A stretch of 37,904 nucleotides of DNA, from the IMG/VR virus record IMGVR_UViG_3300032301_000607, positions 1 through 37,904 of that record; one strand, written 5' to 3'. Positions 1-8,586 of the stretch are shown piece by piece. The notes under the pieces were generated by a model. That model was given only the letters and a program-made list of their open reading frames with translations, made no database searches and was not told the origin of the DNA. A program made the translations under genes and the position numbers. The stretch comes from a virus (Duplodnaviria > Caudoviricetes). How positions within the stretch are numbered: position 1 is the stretch's first letter; every line of letters begins with the position of its first letter.

Positions 1-52
1 AAGCAACCCCAGAAGAATACAGACAGCTTTTTGGGCAATCGCTCAAAACGAT
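1..52. repeat. Terminal direct repeat, left copy (circular overlap)
   Basis: Bases 1-52 are identical to 37853-37904. Confidence 0.97.
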
Positions 53-104
53 TTCTCGACTCGTGGAGGAGAATGAACGACTCCGAAAGAGGCTCGATCA
101 ATGA
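1..104 (+). CDS. 3' part of the o-spanin-like lipoprotein that begins at 37708
   Basis: The frame from ATG 37708 continues through the overlap (...LKTISRLVEENERLRKRLDQ) to TGA 102-104, which overlaps the endolysin ATG (ATGA). Confidence 0.75.
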   Translation, partial: ATPEEYRQLFGQSLKTISRLVEENERLRKRLDQ

Positions 105-607
105 CAATTCGGGAGGCGGTGGAAAGGTCAAGGGGACACATCGAAAAGTGCGAGCCTAGTTTTGGCAAGAGGGTGGGGGCTTGGTATAGCGAGTTAATGT
201 CTAAAAAGATTCCAGTTCTAATCTACTGCTCGGTTAGAACCCCCGAAGAGCAGGAGGAGCTATACGCCCAAGGACGGACAAAGGTTGGGAGGAAAGTCAC
301 AAACGCTCGTGGGATACCCCCGCAATCGCTCCACATTGACCTAGGTAAAGGCTCTCACGCCATTGACTATGTTCCCCTTGCTCGCACTCCCAGCGGTGAT
401 CTAGTGGCCTCGTGGGATGATGACCAAGGCTATTCAATCACACGCAAGATTGCCGAGAAGCACGGCCTCCGAGGATTAGATTGGGAACAGCCCCATCTTG
501 AAGATGCAAATATCTCTGGATGGCGGGAGCTTATCTCTCCGCAAAAGCAAGAGGTGAACAATCAAAAGATTTCCCTAGTCAATAAGCGTCCGTGGTCTAG
601 TCGTTAA
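101..607 (+). CDS. Endolysin, peptidase M15-like (L-Ala-D-Glu peptidase type)
   Basis: Motifs RTPEEQEELYAQGRT, VTNA, SLH...AIDYVP and EQPHLE; directly follows holin and spanin genes across the junction. Confidence 0.85.
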   Translation: MTIREAVERSRGHIEKCEPSFGKRVGAWYSELMSKKIPVLIYCSVRTPEEQEELYAQGRTKVGRKVTNARGIPPQSLHIDLGKGSHAIDYVPLARTPSGDLVASWDDDQGYSITRKIAEKHGLRGLDWEQPHLEDANISGWRELISPQKQEVNNQKISLVNKRPWSSR

Positions 608-610
608 TGG

Positions 611-970
611 ATGACATCAGAGCAGGGAGTGGAGAAAACAACCGAGGAAGTTTTTACAAAAAAGCACGATCTCCATCTCACTACTTTGCAAATGGCGGCT
701 GTCGAGTCGATGGAGAAGAAATATAAAAAGGGAGTCGTAGAAAATTGTGGAACTAAATTGTGGGAGATGCCGACCGCCCGCTTAGTTGAAGAAGCCATAG
801 CGGAAGCGACAGATCAAATGGTATATCTCCTTACCCTCCGGCAACAAATGCACATTGTGATGGAGCTTGCAAGGGACGGATGCACAGACGAGACATTGAC
901 AAATCCTAGAGCTAGAGAGTGTTGCAATCTTATTTACACAACTCTTACAGGCCAATCTAAACCCTTATGA
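611..970 (+). CDS. Possible all-alpha (MazG-like) nucleotide pyrophosphatase
   Basis: KKYKKG followed by an acidic helix EEAIAEATDQMVYL resembles phage MazG-like proteins; weak motif evidence only. Confidence 0.4.
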   Translation: MTSEQGVEKTTEEVFTKKHDLHLTTLQMAAVESMEKKYKKGVVENCGTKLWEMPTARLVEEAIAEATDQMVYLLTLRQQMHIVMELARDGCTDETLTNPRARECCNLIYTTLTGQSKPL

Positions 971-1707
971 AGCCCTTAAAGTTCGTCGCTTGTGGAGACA
1001 TCCACGGCGATGAACAAGACGCTCCTTCGGTGAAAGCCCTGCTCGCTTTCACGAAAGAATACAAACCCGATCTCGTAGTTTGCATCGGTGACCTCTGGGA
1101 TTTTAGGGCAATCAGAAAAGGGGCGGGCGATGAGGAGCAAGCATCGAGCTTGCAAAAGGATTGGGACGCAGGGGAGGAGTTCATTCGAGAGTTCTTTAAG
1201 TTTGGCGATGAGAGAATCTTTTTAAGGGGCAACCACGATGAACGGATTTTTGATATGGCTAATAACAGTCGAAGCGGTCTGGCTCGTGACTATGCAAATG
1301 ATGGTATAGCAAACATCGAAGCGATAATGAAGGAGACGAAAGCAAGAATGTTCCCATACGATTCAGTCGGGGGAATCTACAAATGCGGCTCGCTCTCCTT
1401 TGTCCACGGCTACGGCCACGCAATGCACTCCGGCAAGCAACACGCCGATGCTTATGGCGATGTTATTTTCGGCCATACTCACGCCATTGATTATTTTAGA
1501 AGCGTCTCCATCGACCCTCGAACTGGCTACAATATCGGATGCCTCTGCAACAAGACACCGGAATATAATCGAGGCCAACTCCGTCGCCTCCGCTGGCAAC
1601 ACGGCTGGGCGTTCGGAGCAATTTATCCGGATAAAACGCACGAAGTTTTTCAAGCACGGCAAAGAGGCAACAAGTTTTATTTACCCACCGACATAAAGGC
1701 ATTTTAA
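967..1707 (+). CDS. Calcineurin-like metallophosphoesterase
   Basis: GDIHG, GDLWD, GNHD, HG and GHTH motifs in canonical order. Confidence 0.9.
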   Translation: MKPLKFVACGDIHGDEQDAPSVKALLAFTKEYKPDLVVCIGDLWDFRAIRKGAGDEEQASSLQKDWDAGEEFIREFFKFGDERIFLRGNHDERIFDMANNSRSGLARDYANDGIANIEAIMKETKARMFPYDSVGGIYKCGSLSFVHGYGHAMHSGKQHADAYGDVIFGHTHAIDYFRSVSIDPRTGYNIGCLCNKTPEYNRGQLRRLRWQHGWAFGAIYPDKTHEVFQARQRGNKFYLPTDIKAF

Positions 1708-1709
1708 TT

Positions 1710-1982
1710 ATGAATGCAAAAAATCCTTGGCAGAAACTTTTACAAGAACACATCAAAGACAAGTTTGCCCCACCTCAACCAGCGGGATATTACACGAGGG
1801 AACAGGTGAGCAAGTTGTGGCAGAAATCAATGAACACAACCTCACGGATGCTCAATCAAATGCTCGAACAAAAGAAAGTGGAGATGAAAAGACATCCCTT
1901 TATTGTTGCCAGAAAAGATCATCGTGTGATTCGCAACCTTAAAATCTTTAAGATTCTCCCCACAAAGCCCCATCGTAAGTAG
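1710..1982 (+). CDS. Small basic protein, possible winged HTH
   Basis: Pattern YTREQVSKLWQKSMNTTSRMLNQM; packed 2 nt after the preceding stop. Confidence 0.55.
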   Translation: MNAKNPWQKLLQEHIKDKFAPPQPAGYYTREQVSKLWQKSMNTTSRMLNQMLEQKKVEMKRHPFIVARKDHRVIRNLKIFKILPTKPHRK

Positions 1983-2032
1983 CGTAGTTATAGGGACTTA
2001 CGAACAATCGTCAAAATAAGATAAATAAACCC

Positions 2033-2060
2033 TTTACAACTTGGGGGAGTGTGATAGGGT
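2033..2060 (+). promoter_or_regulatory. Sigma70-type early promoter, probably giving a leaderless mRNA
   Basis: TTTACA (2033-2038), 16-nt spacer ending TGA, TAGGGT (2055-2060; extended -10 TGnTAnnnT), 6 nt, then ATG 2067; AT-rich UP-like tract upstream. Confidence 0.65.
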
Positions 2061-2066
2061 GTGGGT

Positions 2067-2294
2067 ATGCAAACAACCACAGCAGAAAAGACAGAAACCC
2101 TGAGTGACTCGCAAAAGTTCGATGACCTCGTAGAGCTTTTTCTCTACCCCATCGACAACACGCCATCAGTCATCGCCGATCTTTGCCGAAAAGGGAAGAA
2201 AGTATTTTACGCTTTCTTTGATGGAATTTACTACGAAGCCCCCACCGCCTTACAGGTTGCCCAGAAACTCGCAACCAAACACATCGGCCAGTAA
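2067..2294 (+). CDS. Hypothetical early protein
   Basis: ORF; ATG 2067 sits at the predicted +1. Confidence 0.65.
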   Translation: MQTTTAEKTETLSDSQKFDDLVELFLYPIDNTPSVIADLCRKGKKVFYAFFDGIYYEAPTALQVAQKLATKHIGQ

Positions 2295-2319
2295 CCCCCA
2301 ACCAAGAAAGACCAACCAA

Positions 2320-2493
2320 ATGACTACAAAAGAACTTAAAAAACTTATTCAGCAATACAATCAAGAGGCGGTTGCAGAAATCCCTCAACTAGAAAAAAAC
2401 GCTCAAGATGCTGGCTCTTGTTGGCAAAGTGAAAAACTTGGCTTCGCCAAGGGATACGCCCACGCCTTAAGATCAATACTTTCCAAAATATAA
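2320..2493 (+). CDS. Hypothetical early protein (57 aa)
   Basis: ATG 2320 is preceded by an AAGAAAGA leader; in frame with ORF 2218-2493. Confidence 0.6.
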   Translation: MTTKELKKLIQQYNQEAVAEIPQLEKNAQDAGSCWQSEKLGFAKGYAHALRSILSKI

Positions 2494-2513
2494 AATAAGA
2501 AAGAAATCATAAT

Positions 2514-2600
2514 ATGAAAAAAATCCTTATCGCATACATCATCGGACTCCTCGTGGGGGCTGGCTCGGTGCTGGTAATAGTTGAACATCTACTTAAATAA
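2514..2600 (+). CDS. 28-aa membrane peptide (not in ORF track)
   Basis: MKKILIAYIIGLLVGAGSVLVIVEHLLK; AAGAAAGA leader; fills the intergenic gap. Confidence 0.6.
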   Translation: MKKILIAYIIGLLVGAGSVLVIVEHLLK

Positions 2601-2603
2601 ACC

Positions 2604-2632
2604 TTTACAACTCCAAATCGAAATCCTAGAAC
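2604..2632 (+). promoter_or_regulatory. Second copy of the early promoter-like element
   Basis: TAAATAAACCTTTACAACT nearly duplicates 2022-2041; TTTACA-N17-TAGAAC-N7-ATG 2640; weak -10. Confidence 0.45.
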
Positions 2633-2639
2633 AAATCAA

Positions 2640-3209
2640 ATGACATCCTTCCCCCTCCCCGCCAGACCGCAAGCCTCCGCAGTTCCAGCGTGGCACATCG
2701 AGTTCAAAAAAGATACAGCCATTGAGGGCAAGGCTAATGGCTGGCGAGGCTTATTCCATCAAAAGACTGGCATCGGATATAACCGCCACGGAAAGATTGC
2801 ATCCAACCATAACCTAATGGTTGAGCGTCTTTCCAATGCTGGCATCAAAGCCCCTTATATTGATTGCGAGATTATGGGGATGCGAACTAAGACTGGCAAG
2901 GGAACAATCATAGTGATGGATGCCTTTGACCCAGCCAACCCCAAACCCTACGCAGAACGGATGAAGGAGATCGAACACTTGGAAGCCGTGACCTTTGATC
3001 TGCAACCCAACAAGCTCCTCCGCTTTGTTCAGCTTGCCCATCATAAGATCAATTCGATATGGGAGGAAATGAACTTCCAGAATAACAAGGCTGGCGAGGT
3101 AATCTGGGAGGGCTTCGTGATGAAGGCTCTGGATGATGGCAAGTATCCTTACATCACCAACCCCTCTTACTGTTCCCCCGCTTGGCAGAAGCAACGGATA
3201 CGCTGGTGA
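2640..3209 (+). CDS. Minimal ATP-dependent ligase-like nucleotidyltransferase
   Basis: Motif I EGKANGWR, III IDCE, IIIa MDAF, IV EGFVMK, V WQKQR; the protein ends right after motif V. Confidence 0.7.
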   Translation: MTSFPLPARPQASAVPAWHIEFKKDTAIEGKANGWRGLFHQKTGIGYNRHGKIASNHNLMVERLSNAGIKAPYIDCEIMGMRTKTGKGTIIVMDAFDPANPKPYAERMKEIEHLEAVTFDLQPNKLLRFVQLAHHKINSIWEEMNFQNNKAGEVIWEGFVMKALDDGKYPYITNPSYCSPAWQKQRIRW

Positions 3210-3430
3210 TTATTTTCCTCGTAGTTTTCTTTGGGCTTCTGATTCTGCAAGGGGTGAGAATATTCGCAAAACACATCGACCAGCAGAATTACGAGCGAAG
3301 GAAGTTTTATTTATTCGTGGCCGCCGAGTTGGACAAGATGGACAAGATCGTAGCCGAGGGCAACCAGCCCAAAGAACCAAAGCAACCAGAGCTATTACTC
3401 CCCTCAAAGAATTGGGTGGGGAGAAACTAG
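3206..3430 (+). CDS. Small membrane-anchored protein
   Basis: GTGA overlap with the ligase stop; N-terminal hydrophobic helix IIFLVVFFGLLIL. Confidence 0.6.
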   Translation: MIIFLVVFFGLLILQGVRIFAKHIDQQNYERRKFYLFVAAELDKMDKIVAEGNQPKEPKQPELLLPSKNWVGRN

Positions 3431-3431
3431 A

Positions 3432-3752
3432 ATGAAGCTCACACCATCTGCCAAGTTCGAGATTCTTTGGAAGAGTCTTGGTGGGTGGGGGCTACTTAAA
3501 GAATACAAGTTTGCTGATAGTAGAAGATTTAGATTCGACTATTACCATATTGAGGGCGTAGCCATCGAACTAGAGGGAGGGGTGTGGAGTAGGGGCAGGC
3601 ACACGAGGCCAACCGGGTTCTTGAATGACATGGAAAAATACAACCTCGCCGCATCGATGGGCATCCTAGTTTTCCGAGTGCCTTCTCACGATATCAGCAC
3701 GAAGTGGCTTTCCCCCATAATCAAAACCATAAACGAAAGGACAAAAAAATGA
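3432..3752 (+). CDS. PD-(D/E)xK endonuclease (Vsr/DUF559-like phage nuclease)
   Basis: EYKF...RRFRFDY...AIELEGGVW..GRH...DMEKYN pattern. Confidence 0.8.
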   Translation: MKLTPSAKFEILWKSLGGWGLLKEYKFADSRRFRFDYYHIEGVAIELEGGVWSRGRHTRPTGFLNDMEKYNLAASMGILVFRVPSHDISTKWLSPIIKTINERTKK

Positions 3753-3964
3753 GTGAAGAAATGCCTACATTATGGCATCAGGAACCAGCCAAGAAACAAT
3801 TACCAAATGAAACTACAGATGAATGGGTAGTAAGAGTGTTTGGAGCGTTCCCCGATACAGAGTTCGACAGCCGGAATGACTTTAGATTTTTGAACTTACC
3901 CAAGACACAAAAAGAAAACGCCGAAGGCTTTGGCGTATTCGATGACGGACAGAACAAAAAATAA
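3749..3964 (+). CDS. Hypothetical protein
   Basis: ATGA overlap with the nuclease stop. Confidence 0.55.
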   Translation: MSEEMPTLWHQEPAKKQLPNETTDEWVVRVFGAFPDTEFDSRNDFRFLNLPKTQKENAEGFGVFDDGQNKK

Positions 3965-3983
3965 ACAAAGAAAGAACCAACAA

Positions 3984-4790
3984 ATGAATAATGAACTAGC
4001 AGTACACAACGGCAACGGAGTCTCCAACCATATCCGACAAGCAACTGATGTGGCGGGGGCTTGTCGTGCCATCGTAAAGGAAACTTGCCAACGCATCGGC
4101 CAGAAAGATTATGTTCGGGTTGAGGGCTGGCAAGCCATCGCAGTCGCTCATGGATGCGTAGCCTCTGCCCGAGATGTGGAGCGTCTTGAAGATGGGTATA
4201 GGTGCATCGGTGAGGTAAAGCGAATGGACAACGGACAAGTCATATCTCAAGCCGAGGGGTTCTTGGGTGATGACGAGCCAATGTGGGCTAATCGCCCTAC
4301 CTATGCCAAGAGGGCTATGGTTCAAACGAGAAGTATCAGCAGGGCTTGTCGTTCAGCATTCGCACACATCGTCGTGCTAATAGATTCTAAATTGAGTACG
4401 ACACCGGCAGAGGAGATTCCTGCTGGTGGTTTCGAGGATATCAATACAGACAAATACGAACCAGCACCGAAGGCTGAACCCGCCAAGATAAGCAAGGCAG
4501 ACTTGGCAGATATCACGGCCAAGCTCAACTCCCCCAACAAAACCAACGGCACAGAGCCGAGGGATATGGAGTTAAAGTTTGGCAAGCATAAGGGTTCAAC
4601 GATTCGGCAGATTGCTATGCTAGGAGATAAGGGATTGGACTACCTAGAGTGGTTGTCTAGGCAAGACCTCAAGCCCGGAGCAGACGGCAAACCATACAAG
4701 AACGACATTATCCGCAACGAGATAATCGCAGAGATTTTGCTCGAGGCCGAGTCGTTAAGAAAAGGAACACCCGATGAAATCCCATTCTGA
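3984..4790 (+). CDS. Putative ssDNA-annealing/recombination protein with a C-terminal FGKHKG domain and acidic tail
   Basis: YVRVEGW, AMVQTRSISRACR and TTPAEE core; FGKHKG (DUF3820-like) module; SSB-like DEIPF terminus. Confidence 0.6.
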   Translation: MNNELAVHNGNGVSNHIRQATDVAGACRAIVKETCQRIGQKDYVRVEGWQAIAVAHGCVASARDVERLEDGYRCIGEVKRMDNGQVISQAEGFLGDDEPMWANRPTYAKRAMVQTRSISRACRSAFAHIVVLIDSKLSTTPAEEIPAGGFEDINTDKYEPAPKAEPAKISKADLADITAKLNSPNKTNGTEPRDMELKFGKHKGSTIRQIAMLGDKGLDYLEWLSRQDLKPGADGKPYKNDIIRNEIIAEILLEAESLRKGTPDEIPF

Positions 4791-4962
4791 ACTTATCCAA
4801 GACATCCTTAACGATGTTAGGAGTAAGGCCGCCGACCTCGAAAGAGAACGATGTGCCGATCTGGTTCAACAACTAGCAGACGGAACAGAAGATGCAGTCA
4901 TCACCGGAATCTTAAACGAGGTCGTGCTTGCGATTAGGAGGCTCGGAGATGTCAGTCGTTGA
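4774..4962 (+). CDS. Hypothetical protein
   Basis: Overlaps both neighbours; AAAGGA upstream; ERERCA motif. Confidence 0.6.
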   Translation: MKSHSELIQDILNDVRSKAADLERERCADLVQQLADGTEDAVITGILNEVVLAIRRLGDVSR

Positions 4963-5170
4963 TGTTGAAGTTCCAGAAACCAAGTGGTCGATGCTTGTTT
5001 GGAAAACCTTAAAGGAGAAACCACATAACGATGAAAGAGTTCTTATGGATATCGGGGGTGAGGTTGTTGTCGGTCGTTTCGTTGATGATTCGTTTGTCTC
5101 TCGAAGCTGGGGACATTCTGAAAATGATGTTCGGCTTTGGGCAAGCTGGCCGAAAGCACCCAAATGGTAA
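4949..5170 (+). CDS. Small DUF551-like phage protein
   Basis: AGGAGG upstream of ATG 4949; W.....EKP....RVL...V.LWASWP..P pattern. Confidence 0.55.
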   Translation: MSVVDVEVPETKWSMLVWKTLKEKPHNDERVLMDIGGEVVVGRFVDDSFVSRSWGHSENDVRLWASWPKAPKW

Positions 5171-5313
5171 CTTTCCTTTCATCCATCGGGAAAGTTTTGT
5201 GGGAATTGTTCGTGGTAGGTATAGGATGCTTGAGTATTTTTCTCACCATTCTATTTCTGGCCGACCTATTCTTGGATTTAGTAAAAGATATATGGAGGAG
5301 AATTAAAAAATGA
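5164..5313 (+). CDS. 49-aa membrane protein (not in ORF track)
   Basis: MVTFLSSIGKVLWELFVVGIGCLSIFLTILFLADLFLDLVKDIWRRIKK; its stop overlaps the next ATG (ATGA). Confidence 0.6.
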   Translation: MVTFLSSIGKVLWELFVVGIGCLSIFLTILFLADLFLDLVKDIWRRIKK

Positions 5314-5516
5314 GCGTCAAAAGATTGAGTCTTGTCGATGAGTTTCACGGATTGGTTAGTAGAAGATTGAAAGACTTGTTTAAGAGATTGAACCACGCCG
5401 AAGTGGAAAACTTTAAGGACATCATCAGCCACCTCGACTACTCGCATCGAATCACTAAAGAGCTATTGGAGAGGGCGAAGAAATACCAGAAGCGGGATGC
5501 GGAGAAGAAAAAGTGA
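5310..5516 (+). CDS. Hypothetical protein
   Basis: Coupled by overlaps at both ends. Confidence 0.6.
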   Translation: MSVKRLSLVDEFHGLVSRRLKDLFKRLNHAEVENFKDIISHLDYSHRITKELLERAKKYQKRDAEKKK

Positions 5517-6250
5517 AACGAGATTCTTTCTGGTTTCCCTTTGAACCTAATCGCTGGCTTGCGAATGAGAAGCTGGCCTTGGTGAGCCTTGAGGCCAAGG
5601 GGCTATGGATTCATCTAATCTGCCTTATGTATAAGGCCAACGCCGGAGGGAAGCTAACGATCAACGGCAACCCCCCAAGCCCAGATCAGATCAGTCGGAT
5701 GGTTGGGCAAGATGCCAAGCCACTACTAAAAGAGCTTGAGGTTGCAGGGGTTTATGAAATTAAAGATGGGGCAATTTATCACGGTGGAGTGGCCTCCGGA
5801 CTGGCAAAGATGGAGGAAAGATCGGCTGGATATGCTCGAAGGATAACCCATAGATGCGCCATAGATGCACCATCTATGAACCATCTATCATCAATAGATG
5901 AACCATCTATCGTATATAATAAGAGTAATAGTAAGAGTAAGAGTTATAGTAATAAGGACAACAAGAAAGAGAGAGAGGTCTTACGCCCCACGCACGCTGA
6001 ATGGATTGCCTTTGCAAATGAGATCGGATGGAGACTGACGGATGCAGAGTCGGCTTTTGATTACTACCAGAGCAACGGATGGAAGGTTGGGGGCAGGGCA
6101 TCGGTTAAGGATTGGAGAGCGTGTGCCAGAAATTGTCAGAGAAGAAACCAAAACCAAAAGAAAGGAGGCGATCTGATGTCCATAAGCTCTTTAGAGTTTG
6201 ATGGTATGAAGAAAGTCAAATATGAAAACAACTGCAACAATAGTAAATGA
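5513..6250 (+). CDS. Replication initiator (lambda O-like organisation)
   Basis: N-terminal WFPF...WL...SLEAKGLWIHL, central low-complexity region carrying iterons, C-terminal FDYYQSNGWKVG...KDWRA domain; upstream of a DnaC-like gene. Confidence 0.75.
   Translation: MKRDSFWFPFEPNRWLANEKLALVSLEAKGLWIHLICLMYKANAGGKLTINGNPPSPDQISRMVGQDAKPLLKELEVAGVYEIKDGAIYHGGVASGLAKMEERSAGYARRITHRCAIDAPSMNHLSSIDEPSIVYNKSNSKSKSYSNKDNKKEREVLRPTHAEWIAFANEIGWRLTDAESAFDYYQSNGWKVGGRASVKDWRACARNCQRRNQNQKKGGDLMSISSLEFDGMKKVKYENNCNNSK
5849..5960. promoter_or_regulatory. Putative replication origin (iterons plus AT-rich tract)
   Basis: Six CATAGATG/CATCTATG-type octamers at exact 11-bp spacing (5849, 5860, 5871, 5882, 5893, 5904), followed by AAGAGT/AATAGT hexamer repeats. 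Confidence 0.7.
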
Positions 6251-6845
6251 TGCTATGAAATTAGTTGGTTCGGGAAACGACGGAGAGAAAAGAGAGGACT
6301 GGGAAATAATAAAAGCAAGAGAAAACAAAGCCAAGTCTGATGCTTTTAAAAAAGATAGGTGGGACAAAATATGTCCTCCACTTTATCGGCAAACAGATAG
6401 GCAGAGGATACAAAACAAAGACTTGCTAAAGGATATTATGAATTGGAATCCAGTAAGAGGCGTGAACCTTTGGATTCTTGGCCCAACAGGCAAGCAAAAG
6501 ACTAGGATGGCATTTTTGCTTCTGGAGAAACTTCTCTTTATCAACGGGTACAGCGTGGAAGCAATCAACGCAGTTGATTTGGGAATGAAGCTATCGAGGC
6601 CAGTTTGGGACGGAAAAGAGGAGGAACTTGAAAGGCTTTCTCGATACCAAGTGTTGTTGATAGATGACCTCGGTAAAGAGCCAGACACACAAACCATATC
6701 CCAATATCTTTATTTGCTAGTAGAAAAAAGATATTCTCATAACAAGCAAACCATAATCACCTCGAACGAGTCTCAGGACAGACAAAGCCAACGCCCGACT
6801 TACAGGCGTTTAATGGAAAACGCACTATTCGTGGAGGTTTCATAA
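6222..6845 (+). CDS. DnaC/IstB-like AAA+ helicase loader
   Basis: Walker A variant GPTGKQKT, Walker B LLIDDLGKE, TIITSN sensor, RRL arginine finger. Confidence 0.8.
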   Translation: MKTTATIVNDAMKLVGSGNDGEKREDWEIIKARENKAKSDAFKKDRWDKICPPLYRQTDRQRIQNKDLLKDIMNWNPVRGVNLWILGPTGKQKTRMAFLLLEKLLFINGYSVEAINAVDLGMKLSRPVWDGKEEELERLSRYQVLLIDDLGKEPDTQTISQYLYLLVEKRYSHNKQTIITSNESQDRQSQRPTYRRLMENALFVEVS

Positions 6846-7241
6846 GTGAACGACCTCGTTTTAGCGGCAACCATCCATCGGGTAAAGCTATGCGAGGACA
6901 GAATCAAAGAATTTGAGCAAATGGTATCCACACTCACCGCCCAGATGGCTCAAAATCGAACGGAGTTGGCCTCCAAAGGGCTTGCAAACCTAGTAATGGG
7001 TACAACCACCCCCCTAGACATCCCAAGGGAGCTACGGCCAACTTTCGGGCGTTATCGGGCAAGGGGAAATCGTTCCCACAATACAGTTCAGAAGCGTTGG
7101 GGTATTTGGAAGGCTCAATATGAGTCTGGGCTAACAGTAAAGGAAATTGCGAACGCTTGGGGATGCCATCACTCCTCAATCGTGAACGCAAAAAGCAAAA
7201 ACTTCACGGCTCGGAAGTCAAGCGGAAGGGGAATCAAATGA
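6846..7241 (+). CDS. Coiled-coil protein with a C-terminal HTH
   Basis: GLTVKEIANAWGCHHSSIVNA. Confidence 0.65.
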   Translation: MNDLVLAATIHRVKLCEDRIKEFEQMVSTLTAQMAQNRTELASKGLANLVMGTTTPLDIPRELRPTFGRYRARGNRSHNTVQKRWGIWKAQYESGLTVKEIANAWGCHHSSIVNAKSKNFTARKSSGRGIK

Positions 7242-7510
7242 TCGCAATTTTAGAGGCCGAGCAGTTTGAGCTTCCATTTATGCGAACCACACATCCAGTT
7301 AAGACGGAAGGCCACGACCAGAACGCTCGAATCCTAGCACACTTGCAAGCCGGAAGAACCCTCACGGCTCTGGAAGCGTTGGAATGGTTCAAGTGCTTCC
7401 GGCTTGCGAGTCGGATTTGCGACTTGAAAAAGGCGGGGCATCAGATCGAGAAGCGAACGGTTCAAACCAACAGCGGCAAGCGAGTGGCCGAGTATTATTT
7501 GCAGAAATGA
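7238..7510 (+). CDS. Winged HTH protein (HTH_39-like)
   Basis: ILAHLQAGRTLTALEAL...FRLASRICDLKKAGHQI...VAEYYL. Confidence 0.75.
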   Translation: MIAILEAEQFELPFMRTTHPVKTEGHDQNARILAHLQAGRTLTALEALEWFKCFRLASRICDLKKAGHQIEKRTVQTNSGKRVAEYYLQK

Positions 7511-7565
7511 ACAACTTAAAATCATCCCTTGCCTCAAATGACACTCAAAGTAGCTTGCAAATTCA

Positions 7566-7859
7566 ATGAATGAACCCTTCACATCCTCAGAGGCAAAGGC
7601 CAAGGGCATTTTATCCGACCGCTACCCCGGCAAGGAGATGTCGAAACTCTATGCAGAGAACCGCAACCAAGCGACCATCGATATGCTCCGAGATGCCGTG
7701 TTCACTTTGATTACTAATGAGATTCCCACTTGCACCATTGCCCAAGTTCTTCGCAAAACCCATGGGGCGATTCAGTACCACCTACGCTGTCTTGAGGGTG
7801 ATGGAAAACTAAAGAGACGGAACAAGCGATGTCATTGGCGGGAGGCAGTTGAAGCGTGA
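7566..7859 (+). CDS. HTH DNA-binding protein
   Basis: TCTIAQVLRKTHGAIQYHLRCL. Confidence 0.6.
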   Translation: MNEPFTSSEAKAKGILSDRYPGKEMSKLYAENRNQATIDMLRDAVFTLITNEIPTCTIAQVLRKTHGAIQYHLRCLEGDGKLKRRNKRCHWREAVEA

Positions 7860-8586
7860 ATGAAAACCCAACCCACCTCGACTTGTTCAGCGGTATCGGA
7901 GGATTCGCTCTTGCCGCTAGATGGGCTGGATTTGAAACCGTTGGGTTCTGCGACAACGAACCCTACGCCCAAGCCGTCCTCAAAAAGCATTGGCCTAATG
8001 TCCCAATCCACGGAGACATCAAGGCACTCGATGGAACGGCATATCGAGGAGTCACTCTTCTCACAGGAGGATTTCCCTGCCAGCCGTTCAGTTGTGCCGG
8101 GAAGCAACGAGGCAAGGACGATGACCGCTATCTCTGGCGCAAATGCTCCGAGTCATACAAGAGGCAAGGCCAACTTGGGTCGTTGGTGAGAATGTTGCTG
8201 GAATCATCAACTTGGGACTCGAAAAAGCGTGCTCTGATTTGGAAGGGATTGGCTATGCAGTCCAACCGCTTGTTATTCCGGCTTGTGCCATTGGCGCACA
8301 GCACAGGCGAGACCGAGTTTGGATTATTGCCAACACCGACGGCATCAGACAAAGTTTATGGCAGGAAACCATCGACAAAAAGAAAAAACAACGCGCCCAA
8401 AACATCATTGAGAGATGTTCTTTCAGAGAAATTCTCGATAGATGGGAAGGGTGGAAGTCCACACCCTACATTTGTAGAAGCGATGATGGGATACCCCATA
8501 GGTCACACCGACTTAAAGGACTGGGCAACGCCATCGTCCCGCAAGTCGCATACCAAATCATCAAAGGGATAAGAGAGCTTCTATGA
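7856..8586 (+). CDS. C5-cytosine DNA methyltransferase, two-polypeptide overlapping-frame type, with a 1-nt frameshift near 8138
   Basis: Motif I LDLFSGIGG and IV GGFPCQPFS before 8138; VI ENV, VIII HRRDRVW and X LGNAIVP in ORF 8143-8586; motif IX-like PTFVEAMMGYP in the overlapping frame. Confidence 0.85.
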
